Below, piece after piece: positions 56,262-64,000 of a DNA stretch of 64,000 bases. The stretch is from a virus. Its lineage: Duplodnaviria > Heunggongvirae > Uroviricota > Caudoviricetes. The stretch is from IMG/VR virus record IMGVR_UViG_3300035182_001709. The stretch is one strand, 5' to 3'. The notes under the pieces are model-generated. The model was not told the DNA's origin, did not search any database, and saw nothing but the letters and a program-made list of their open reading frames with translations. How positions within the stretch are numbered: position 1 is the stretch's first letter; the number at the start of each line of letters is the position of its first letter. The position numbers and the translations under genes were made by a program.

Positions 56262-56900
56262 TCAGTCGCTGTCACCGACAATTTTGTCAACGATTCCGAG
56301 CTTGATGGCCTCGTCTGGGGTCAAATAACAGTCGTGCCCGACCTTCATGATCTCCTGCACCTTCTTCTTGGAGATCTTCGTCTCCTTGACCAAGGCGTCC
56401 ATCATCAACTCCTGCAGTCGAGCGTGTTCCTTGGCCTCATTCATCACGTCAAAGACGGTGCCGATGGCTCCACCTGAAATGGGATGAATCATGATACGCG
56501 CGGAGCGGCCAATCATGCGCTTGCCTTTGACACCGCTCGCGAGCAGGAGCACGCCTGCGGACATTACCTTGCCCAAGGCGATGGTGTGGACCGGGCACGG
56601 CAGGAACTTGATAGTATCGTAGAGGCTAAACATCTCATCGACGGAACCGCCGTACGTGGAGATGACCAGGTGAATGGGCTTGTGATTCTGGTTCGCCAGG
56701 TCCAACAGTTGGACGATGACAGCAGAGATGGTGTGCTCTGTCACGTCACCGTGCAGCACCACGATTCTTGCTGACGATTGCTGCTGGAATGCGAGCGATT
56801 GCAACAGCATCTCTTCCGGCGACGCCGTGGGTGCAGTGCTGACTGCGGTGGGCACGTTCTTTCTCTCACCGATCGATCGACCCATCTGGTTCCTCTCCAT
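56262..56900 (-). CDS. clpP: ClpP-family protease subunit
   Basis: STYGGSV, VMSAGVLLL (Ser), RIMIHP (His), HDCYLTPDEA (Asp); start may be 56885. Confidence 0.92.
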   Translation of the reverse strand: MERNQMGRSIGERKNVPTAVSTAPTASPEEMLLQSLAFQQQSSARIVVLHGDVTEHTISAVIVQLLDLANQNHKPIHLVISTYGGSVDEMFSLYDTIKFLPCPVHTIALGKVMSAGVLLLASGVKGKRMIGRSARIMIHPISGGAIGTVFDVMNEAKEHARLQELMMDALVKETKISKKKVQEIMKVGHDCYLTPDEAIKLGIVDKIVGDSD

Positions 56901-57117
56901 CAGAAAGGAAGACGTCCTTTCCGCAACGTTCTTTGATGATACTCGTGAAGGCCTTGAGGTTCTCCACGTTCTCTAGCTCCATAGCAAGAAGATACATGAT
57001 GAGCACTCGCTGACGCTCATTGACGCCGAAGTTACCAATCTCGCTGACGATCTGACGAGCGACTTGGTTTTCTTCCGCACGGCGGTCCGACTCAGACTTT
57101 CCGTACAGCTGATTCAC
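56866..57117 (-). CDS. Hypothetical protein
   Basis: 83 aa helical; overlaps neighbours. Confidence 0.6.
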   Translation of the reverse strand: MNQLYGKSESDRRAEENQVARQIVSEIGNFGVNERQRVLIMYLLAMELENVENLKAFTSIIKERCGKDVFLSDGEEPDGSIDR

Positions 57118-57602
57118 CTTGCGTACTCCTCGCGTGAGAATGCATTGACCTTGAAAAGATTCTCTCCCAAGATCTGAACGTATTTGCCTTGGCGCGTGCC
57201 TTCTTCAACGTCGGTGGCCAACACCACAAACTCGCCCCAGCGCTTGTTCTCATAGATAAATTGTGCTGCCTCCCAGGTTGGCAGGTCGGCGCCATTGACG
57301 TCCAGGATGTTGGCTAGGTTTGCTGGCAGTGATGCCTTGACATCATCGATCGTCATGACAGAGCTGAAGGCCTCACGGCCAGTGACCTCTGACTTACAGA
57401 CGTCAATGACCTTGTGAATGCGTCCGCAGTTATTGCACTGCGCATATTTCACGATCAACTTGTCGTCATCGCCCATGATCGAAAAGACGACGAACTGATG
57501 CGGCGGCGGCTCCGGCAAGTTCTTGAACTGCGGCATCACGCACCGGCAACGGATGAGGTGTTTCAGACCTGATGGCATGTCACCCGACCCTAAACCTGAC
57601 AT
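57114..57602 (-). CDS. Hypothetical zinc-binding protein
   Basis: CRC and CNNCG motifs. Confidence 0.6.
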   Translation of the reverse strand: MSGLGSGDMPSGLKHLIRCRCVMPQFKNLPEPPPHQFVVFSIMGDDDKLIVKYAQCNNCGRIHKVIDVCKSEVTGREAFSSVMTIDDVKASLPANLANILDVNGADLPTWEAAQFIYENKRWGEFVVLATDVEEGTRQGKYVQILGENLFKVNAFSREEYAR

Positions 57603-57626
57603 CCTTGATGAATTTGGACCACCAGC

Positions 57627-57881
57627 TCACTTTTTTTTCGTAGTTGGGCGGTGATCCTTTGCGGCTTCCCCCAACGCTGCATCAACTTCCTTGTCAAAGA
57701 CGCTGAAACCTTTGTGATAACCAGCTTCGATTGAGGCAGAAATGAGGTTCAACAGCTGCTGAGCTGTCGCTGCCTCAACCTTGCCGTCACGGATTGCATC
57801 GGCGACGTCCTTGACCACTGAGTCCCTCATGGCCTGCATCTGATTCCAGGCCGCCTTGCCGATCTTGTCTTTGGGTTGCAT
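57627..57881 (-). CDS. Hypothetical protein
   Basis: 84 aa helical. Confidence 0.55.
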   Translation of the reverse strand: MQPKDKIGKAAWNQMQAMRDSVVKDVADAIRDGKVEAATAQQLLNLISASIEAGYHKGFSVFDKEVDAALGEAAKDHRPTTKKK

Positions 57882-57945
57882 GAATGTGGATCCTATGATG
57901 AAGGTAACACACCTACTTACCTAGTAAAAGGTGAGGAACAATAAA

Positions 57946-59004
57946 ATGGCCATTACGCTCAAAGAGAAGTACGAGGCTCGCAGGTTGCAGCGCCTTCAGG
58001 AAAAAGTCTCACGGATCAATGCTGAATTGCTCGAAGAGCACCGCGTAGCCCGCTTGATCGTTGAGGCGATGGACGAAGAGGAGCTCAACAAGGCATCCGC
58101 CGTCCTCGACAAGCTCGAAAATCTCGTGTCAAAGCTGCCCAACGCCAAGTCCTTGAAGGCCGCAGTCGACGCAGCAACCAACGACATCAACAAATACACG
58201 GGCGGTGGAAGCATCGGTCGAGCCTGGCAGAAGATGAAGTCGAAGCTGTCAGGCGGCGAAAATCCGATTGTCAAGGCGATGGCTCTTGCGAGCGCACTGG
58301 AACGTGGGTTTCAGCTGCTGCCAAAGATTGTCAAGAATTTGAAGATCGAAAAGGCAGAAGGCGACAGCCTCAAGGACCGCCTTGGCGGCGACAACGTTGC
58401 CGCTGGCACGCCGGGAGCAAATGACAAAATTCAAGCTGCTCAAGGCATGCTGATAAAGGCATTCACGCCTGGTGGCCTCTTTGGAGCCTTCAAGAAACTG
58501 CCTTACGCAGACGTTCAAGGTCTCGTCAACGACATCATGACGTCGCCCATCGCGGCCTTGACGCAGGCGCAGCAGACGATCGAGGCCGGTCCCAAGACCG
58601 CTGACATTGCACCAGAACTGAAAGACGATTTGAAAAAGGGTGCCAACGTCAGTGGAGAGAAAAAATCTGGCGAGAGCAAGTCAGGCGAGGCTCCCAGCGG
58701 AGCAAAGACCGCATCACCGACGACCTCAGGCGAAACTCCTGCCGCCAAGAGCAACGAGAAGCCCGCTGAGGCACCCAAGGCCGGTGGTGAGGGCCTAAAC
58801 GACGATCAAGTCAAGGACCTCGCTGGTCGATTGGCGGCCCGTTTGCCCAACAAGATCAAAGCTGACGATGCGGCTAGGGTCATTGCTGCCATCCGCGACC
58901 TGGGCAAGAAGATGGGCTACAGTATTCGCAAAGAAGGGTTGAACCTCTACGATGTGGAGCGTGTGCTCGCTGAAATCAAAAAGTCAGACAAGCAGCGCAC
59001 CTAG
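57946..59004 (+). CDS. Hypothetical late protein, possibly internal head protein
   Basis: GAGGA SD before ATG 57946; CTACTTAC late-type motif; LKE/LEE/IVE motifs near the N-terminus (ORF track starts at 57931). Confidence 0.7.
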   Translation: MAITLKEKYEARRLQRLQEKVSRINAELLEEHRVARLIVEAMDEEELNKASAVLDKLENLVSKLPNAKSLKAAVDAATNDINKYTGGGSIGRAWQKMKSKLSGGENPIVKAMALASALERGFQLLPKIVKNLKIEKAEGDSLKDRLGGDNVAAGTPGANDKIQAAQGMLIKAFTPGGLFGAFKKLPYADVQGLVNDIMTSPIAALTQAQQTIEAGPKTADIAPELKDDLKKGANVSGEKKSGESKSGEAPSGAKTASPTTSGETPAAKSNEKPAEAPKAGGEGLNDDQVKDLAGRLAARLPNKIKADDAARVIAAIRDLGKKMGYSIRKEGLNLYDVERVLAEIKKSDKQRT

Positions 59005-60234
59005 CGAGGCCAAGGTCTCGTAGCACTTCTGCGCATGCACCGCGGCCGCCACCCTGGCGGCCGTCGGCATTTCGGCTGTCACACCATGATCGACCAATGA
59101 TTTGATGGTTCTCAGCGCCACGTCAATCGACTGTGAGACTCTGACAAAGTCTTTGTTGTCTGGCAGGCGCATCACCACGTGACTCGGTGATAGAGAGCGG
59201 ATTCGTTTGTCATAGAGCTTGCCAACGTCTTCGATCACGTTCGACTTGCTGCGTTTATCACGAAGAAATGCCACGTGTTCTGCAACACGAGCTCGAGTGG
59301 CTGAGTGCTGCAACACCACCTTGTTGGGATAGACGAGGGCAGCCTCGATCCGTGGTGCTGACTCGAACTTGATGGCAGAGATGAGGTCACCCTTATTGCT
59401 GGAAATGAGGTCACAGCCCGTGACGATCGCTAGATCGTTGACAGAGTTAATTCCCTCGAGGTCGAACTTGACGATGATTGGAACGACCTTCAAAGAACCT
59501 CTGTCGAAGTTGACCTTCAGAGTGTGAAGTACCTCCTGTGACAGGCCTCTGACGAACATGATGATGGGTTCTTTGGCCTCATTGGCCGCCTCGAGGAGGT
59601 GATGAATCTCTGAGACCTGTTCGATGTAACCATCGATAACGAGAGCCCTGGGTTGCTCGAGACGAGCTGTCAGCTGCCAGGCAGCCACCGTGTCAAACGA
59701 ATATCCACGCGATAGTTCGACAGACGGCATCAATGCATGCGTCTTCTCTACGATGATACGCCCGCCGAAACCCGCAAGTTCCAACGCATCTGTCAACATG
59801 TCGCCGGCGACCTTGTCGACCTTCTTAACACGATCAATGACACACCTTCGAATATCGTCTGCGGTCGCCGGCCTCGAGATGACATTCTGATTTATTTGAA
59901 AATCAAGTGGCGTAATACCCTTCAAGAACAGTTCGATGATTTCTAGCAGCCTCTCGAGAGTCATGTCGAAGGCACCGGGTCCCATCTTCTCAGCCGCTAC
60001 CGCATGGCCGATGATGATTTCTAGTAGCCTGGCCTCGAGTGGATCAGCCAAACGCAGGTTGAACAACATCTGGAACCGGGTATGGATAAGGCTACGATCA
60101 TCCCTAGAGACTAGAACATCATCCTGAACTTTCTGCGTTAGTAGCCGCAGACGTCCAACGAGGCGGTGCAATGCCGCTCTAACGTCGTCCTGGAGGTAGA
60201 CTTGGGTCCCAGAGTTCACGGGACCATAGTACAC
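58984..60234 (-). CDS. Divergent, truncated GroEL/Cpn60-like chaperonin
   Basis: Apical-domain patterns IIVEK...VELSRGYSFD, PRALVIDGYI, EPIIMFVRGLSQEVLHTLKVN, NDLAIVTGC; GDGTTT and PGGG absent. Confidence 0.78.
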   Translation of the reverse strand: MYYGPVNSGTQVYLQDDVRAALHRLVGRLRLLTQKVQDDVLVSRDDRSLIHTRFQMLFNLRLADPLEARLLEIIIGHAVAAEKMGPGAFDMTLERLLEIIELFLKGITPLDFQINQNVISRPATADDIRRCVIDRVKKVDKVAGDMLTDALELAGFGGRIIVEKTHALMPSVELSRGYSFDTVAAWQLTARLEQPRALVIDGYIEQVSEIHHLLEAANEAKEPIIMFVRGLSQEVLHTLKVNFDRGSLKVVPIIVKFDLEGINSVNDLAIVTGCDLISSNKGDLISAIKFESAPRIEAALVYPNKVVLQHSATRARVAEHVAFLRDKRSKSNVIEDVGKLYDKRIRSLSPSHVVMRLPDNKDFVRVSQSIDVALRTIKSLVDHGVTAEMPTAARVAAAVHAQKCYETLASLGALLV

Positions 60235-60237
60235 CGC

Positions 60238-60774
60238 TCACTTCCAGTGTGTCGTCAATACATCATACAGGATCTTGAAAAGCAAAGTGACAGCGCCACC
60301 GCCGAATCCCATACCGATCCATGCACCGACCTTTGAAACTGTGGCCTTCCACTGTGTCAATTGCTCGATGACTTTCTGCTGCTCTTCGACTTTCTTGACC
60401 AGAGCTTCATCTGACGTTTTGTCTTCCTGGGCTGACTTCTCGGTCTGTGCCTTCCAGGTGTTTAGCTCGATCAACTGCTTCTCAAGTTCGCCATTTTCTT
60501 TGGACGCTGTGGCTTGCACGGTGTTGATCCTGGAGAAGAGGCCCGTGTCAGGTTCATAGATCGCCGCGTGGATCTTGTCGACAGTCGAGACGATTTTGCC
60601 CTGCGACTCTTCGATCTTGTCAACCTTGTACAGAAGGGTGTCGAACCCGCCGTTGAGTGCCGGAGAGGAGTTCACCTTCTGTTGAATCTCTGCAAGGACT
60701 CGGGTCGTGTCTAGGTCTGTTCCAATCAAACGAGCTGCAGATCCTCGTGCACTTCCTGGCTTTTTGGTGGGCAT
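60238..60774 (-). CDS. Coiled-coil protein with a single C-terminal transmembrane helix
   Basis: Heptad region followed by VGAWIGMGFGGGAVTLLFKILYDVL. Confidence 0.65.
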   Translation of the reverse strand: MPTKKPGSARGSAARLIGTDLDTTRVLAEIQQKVNSSPALNGGFDTLLYKVDKIEESQGKIVSTVDKIHAAIYEPDTGLFSRINTVQATASKENGELEKQLIELNTWKAQTEKSAQEDKTSDEALVKKVEEQQKVIEQLTQWKATVSKVGAWIGMGFGGGAVTLLFKILYDVLTTHWK

Positions 60775-60818
60775 CAGTTGGTCCTTCTCGCGTCGACGAA
60801 TCGCGGGTATACGCCCGA

Positions 60819-60983
60819 TTAAGACTTAAGATTAAGAGCTATTAAGCAGTCTTAAGCTAGACGTTAAATTTAAGAGCAGTCCACAGTTCGATTAAGAGTT
60901 CTTAAGCAGATCTAAACTAGATGTTGAAATTTAAGAGCAGTCCACAGTTCGATTAAGAGCTAAGGAGCAGTTCCGCAATTAAG
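60819..60983. repeat. AT-rich TTAAG array with two 33-bp perfect direct repeats; candidate origin or regulatory site
   Basis: 11 TTAAG copies; AAATTTAAGAGCAGTCCACAGTTCGATTAAGAG at 60866-60898 and 60927-60959. Confidence 0.85.
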
Positions 60984-61068
60984 TAATACGTCGCGCGCAT
61001 CATTCACGGGTTCGAAGACTTGAACACTGGGACACACCATGGGGTAGAGTCTCGCAAAGAGGCACACA

Positions 61069-62976
61069 GTGTTCGACGAACAGATCTTCAAATCCCCAGT
61101 CGCTCGCATCGCAGATGACGCAAAGGTCGTCTTTGTCTCAGACATGTTCGTCGAAGACTACGTCGGAGGTGCGGAACTCACATCGCAGGCACTCATCGAT
61201 TCCAGTCCCGTCAAGGTGCAGAAGTTGCACACTCGTGACCTGACGCTGCAGACCCTTGAACAGGGAGCTGACAAGTTCTGGATCTTCGGCAACTTCGCTG
61301 ACATTAATCCCCAGTTGATCCCCAGCATCGTTGCCAACCTGAAGTACACGGTCCTCGAGTACGACTACAAGTACTGTCGCTTCCGTTCTCCAGAGAAGCA
61401 CTTTGACGCCACGAAGACTCCTTGTGACTGTCACAACCAGAACAACGGCAAGCTGGTCTCCGCGTTCTACTATGGTTCCTTGGGGCTCTGGTGGATGTCA
61501 GAGAAGCAGAAGGAACGCTACCACGCAGTATTCCCATTCTTGGCAGAAAAGGACAACGTCGTCCTCTCTAGCGTCTTTTCACCTGAAACCTTGGGCCTCA
61601 TCGAGAAACTGCGTGCCAACGCACCTGCGGAACGCAAGGGGTGGATTGTCCTGGGTTCGAACTCTTGGGTCAAGGGTGCCGGTGCTGCTGAGAAGTGGTG
61701 CATGGACAACGGCAAGGACTACCACGTGGTCTGGAACGTTCCCTACCACGAGCTACTCGAGCAACTCTCGAAGGCAGAAGGCTTTGTCTACCTGCCGAAT
61801 GGGGCAGACACCTGCCCTCGCATGGTCATTGAAGCCAAGCTATTGGGTTGCAAGCTACACCTCAACGACCACGTCCAACACAAGGACGAGGAATGGTTCA
61901 ACACCGATGATCTCGAAAGCATCAAGGATTATCTGTTTGCAGCCCGCGCCATGTTTTGGAATGGTGTCAAGCACATGATGGACTACAAGCCCACCATCTC
62001 GGGCTACATGACCGTCTACAACTGCGTCACCCAAAAGTACCCGTGGAAGGAGGCTATCTTGTCGATGGCAGAGTTCTGCGACGAGATTTGCGTAGTCGAC
62101 GGTGGTAGCACTGACGGTACCTGGCAAGCGTTGCAGTTCTTGGCTTCGACTGATCCGATCCTCAAAGTCAAGCAGGTTCCGCGAGATTGGTCTCATCCAC
62201 GTCACGCGGTCTTTGACGGCATGCAAAAGGCCGAAGCCCGAGCAATGTGCACCAGTGAGTACTGCTGGCAGATGGACTCCGACGAGATCGTTCACGAGGA
62301 CGACGCAGCAAAGGTGATCGACTTGTGCCGTAAGATTCCCCGCGAGGCAGACGTGTTGTCACTGCCCGTCATCGAGTATTGGGGCGGACCCGAAAAGGTT
62401 CGCGTTGACATTCAGCCGTGGAAGTGGCGGCTGTCGCGTAACAAGCCCAACATCACTCACGGGATTCCCCGTGAACTACGAACCACTGATGCAGACGGGC
62501 ACCCGATGGCGCTGCCTGGCACTGATGGTTGCGACATGATCGACAAAGAGACTGGCGAGCGTCTGCCTCACGTGTCGTTCTACACACCTGACGTGGAACG
62601 CGTCAGACAATTTGCGATCATGGGCGACAACAACGCCCTCCTCCAGTATCAGTTGTGGTTCAACGCTGCAGTGAACCGACTGCCTTGCGTCTTCCACTAC
62701 TCATGGTACGATCTTCCTCGTAAGATCCGCCTCTACCGTGACTACTGGCAGAACCACTGGAACGGCCTGTGGGGCAGGGACACTTCCGACGTTGCAGAGA
62801 ATAACATGATGTTCGATGTCCCGTGGTCACAGGTCACCGACGAGATGATCGAAGCTCGTGCAAAGGAGCTCAAGGACAAGCTCGGTGGCTGGATCTGGCA
62901 CCGCAAATGGGACGGCAAGGTCAAGATTCCTCACATCTCTGTCGCCCGTACGCAACCCAAGGTGATGTTGAAGTGA
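61069..62976 (+). CDS. Two-domain glycosyltransferase (GT-B/GT4-like plus GT-A/GT2-like)
   Basis: FVYLPNGADTCPRMVIEAKLLGC; then ISGYMTVYN...VVDGGSTDGT...QMDSDE (DxD). Confidence 0.85.
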   Translation: MFDEQIFKSPVARIADDAKVVFVSDMFVEDYVGGAELTSQALIDSSPVKVQKLHTRDLTLQTLEQGADKFWIFGNFADINPQLIPSIVANLKYTVLEYDYKYCRFRSPEKHFDATKTPCDCHNQNNGKLVSAFYYGSLGLWWMSEKQKERYHAVFPFLAEKDNVVLSSVFSPETLGLIEKLRANAPAERKGWIVLGSNSWVKGAGAAEKWCMDNGKDYHVVWNVPYHELLEQLSKAEGFVYLPNGADTCPRMVIEAKLLGCKLHLNDHVQHKDEEWFNTDDLESIKDYLFAARAMFWNGVKHMMDYKPTISGYMTVYNCVTQKYPWKEAILSMAEFCDEICVVDGGSTDGTWQALQFLASTDPILKVKQVPRDWSHPRHAVFDGMQKAEARAMCTSEYCWQMDSDEIVHEDDAAKVIDLCRKIPREADVLSLPVIEYWGGPEKVRVDIQPWKWRLSRNKPNITHGIPRELRTTDADGHPMALPGTDGCDMIDKETGERLPHVSFYTPDVERVRQFAIMGDNNALLQYQLWFNAAVNRLPCVFHYSWYDLPRKIRLYRDYWQNHWNGLWGRDTSDVAENNMMFDVPWSQVTDEMIEARAKELKDKLGGWIWHRKWDGKVKIPHISVARTQPKVMLK

Positions 62977-63335
62977 GAAAGCCTTTTCCCAAGATGATCC
63001 GCGTCATCATCGAGTCGCCCTATGCTGGCGACATTGACAAGAACATGCGGTACGTCAGGGCCTGCATGCGTGACTGTCTAGCGAGAGGTGAGAGTCCATA
63101 CGCGAGCCACGCACTGTACACTCAGGAAGGCGTCCTCCGCGATGACGTCACTGACGAGCGAATGCACGGCATCGCCGCTGGCTTTGCATGGCGTGAGGCC
63201 TCAGATAAGACTGTCGTGTACACTGACCTCGGCATGAGTAAGGGCATGGAGTACGGCATCGCTCATGCCCAGGAGCTCGGTCACCCGATCGAGTATCGCA
63301 AGTTGGAAGGCGAGTGGTCGAATGGCAGCGCCTAA
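62973..63335 (+). CDS. Small Rossmann-like phage protein (DUF4406/deoxyribosyltransferase-like fold)
   Basis: VIIESPYAGD...PYASH...SKGMEYGI..A...G.PIEYR; start is GTG 62973 or ATG 62994. Confidence 0.65.
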   Translation: MRKPFPKMIRVIIESPYAGDIDKNMRYVRACMRDCLARGESPYASHALYTQEGVLRDDVTDERMHGIAAGFAWREASDKTVVYTDLGMSKGMEYGIAHAQELGHPIEYRKLEGEWSNGSA

Positions 63336-63417
63336 AGACAGTCGTGGCAGTTGCTGCTATGATGTTGATGACTGCCAGTGTTGACCCACCAAGATTGAGA
63401 TTCCGAGGAAACCAAAG

Positions 63418-64000
63418 ATGAAGAAGATCACGATCCAGCAAAAGCTCGAATCACTCGGAGTCGATCCGGGGTCAGTGGTGATGGGCGACTTCGACTACAT
63501 CGGTCGATTCACTGCTGAACGTCAGCGTGGTCTGGATGACCCCAACTACAAGAAGTACGGCGCGTTCTACCGTTCAAACTATGAGCGTGGCATCCTGATC
63601 TATCATCTCATCCGATCATTGGGCATCACGTCAATGCTCGAGATCGGATTTGGCCGCGGCTACGGAACCTTCTGTGCGGCTCGGGCCTTCTCAGATGCAG
63701 GCGTCGAAGGCAAGATCATCACCATCGATCCTGCCCTCAATGAGGACTACATCAAGATGCTAAGCCAGGTCTTTCCTCATGATTGGTTCAAGCACGTGCA
63801 GTTCATGAAGGGAACCTCGGGAGACCTCATTCCGAAGCTCGAGGGTTCCTTCGACTTCGTCTACATCGATGGCGACCACTCGTATGCCGGCACGCGGCTG
63901 GACTGGGAGCTGACCAAGGATCGCTGGAACAAATGCCTTCTCTTTGACGACTATCATCTGCCGTCGAAGAACGACCCAGGCATCCAGTGCCGCGACCTGA
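63418..64000 (+). CDS. Class I SAM methyltransferase (Methyltransf_24-like); runs off the window edge
   Basis: Manual translation MKKITIQQKL...MLEIGFGRGYG...IITID...FDFVYIDGDHSY...LLFDDY. Confidence 0.85.
   Translation, partial: MKKITIQQKLESLGVDPGSVVMGDFDYIGRFTAERQRGLDDPNYKKYGAFYRSNYERGILIYHLIRSLGITSMLEIGFGRGYGTFCAARAFSDAGVEGKIITIDPALNEDYIKMLSQVFPHDWFKHVQFMKGTSGDLIPKLEGSFDFVYIDGDHSYAGTRLDWELTKDRWNKCLLFDDYHLPSKNDPGIQCRDL

Noticed and set aside
56262-56900. ClpP as the prohead protease
   Set aside because: A gp21-like protease already lies in the head operon and clpP is about 25 kb away among non-structural genes
60819-60983. CRISPR array
   Set aside because: Only two 33-bp copies, the intervening sequence is itself similar to the flanks rather than a unique spacer, and no cas genes are present
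63322-63384. 20-aa Cys-rich peptide MAAPKDSRGSCCYDVDDCQC
   Set aside because: Overlaps the previous gene end, weak SD, too short to support without conservation data

Overview
This is a 64-kb segment of a large, T4-like (jumbo-type) tailed phage genome read in standard genetic code 11, with most genes on the minus strand. No host chromosome, rRNA or CRISPR array is evident. In window order it contains: (i) a patatin phospholipase followed by Ser/Gly/Thr-rich putative tail or virion proteins (1-11.2 kb); (ii) small accessory genes, a SAM methyltransferase, a decayed endonuclease cassette and an intact tmRNA encoding tag ANDNGVAPLALAA (11.3-16.9 kb); (iii) the head module: gp23-like major capsid, scaffold, peptide deformylase, gp21-like protease, gp20-like portal carrying two HNH inteins (one Ser1/Thr+1, one ending Phe-Gln) and gp17-like terminase (16.9-31.3 kb); (iv) an SbcD/SbcC pair whose gene boundary falls inside the nuclease domain, plus primase, RuvC-like and gp4-like nucleases (32-37.4 kb); (v) large baseplate/tail-type virion proteins interleaved with homing-endonuclease remnants (37.4-52 kb); (vi) PIN-PhoH, a mini sigma-region-4 protein, an Hc1-like protein, a DinG-like helicase, ClpP and a degenerate GroEL-like protein (52-60.8 kb); (vii) an AT-rich TTAAG repeat at a divergence point, then a glycosyltransferase and a methyltransferase. 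Two recurring promoter-like motifs, several apparently leaderless starts and start-codon-sequestering hairpins were found by eye. All family assignments come from recognised motifs; no database searches were run.
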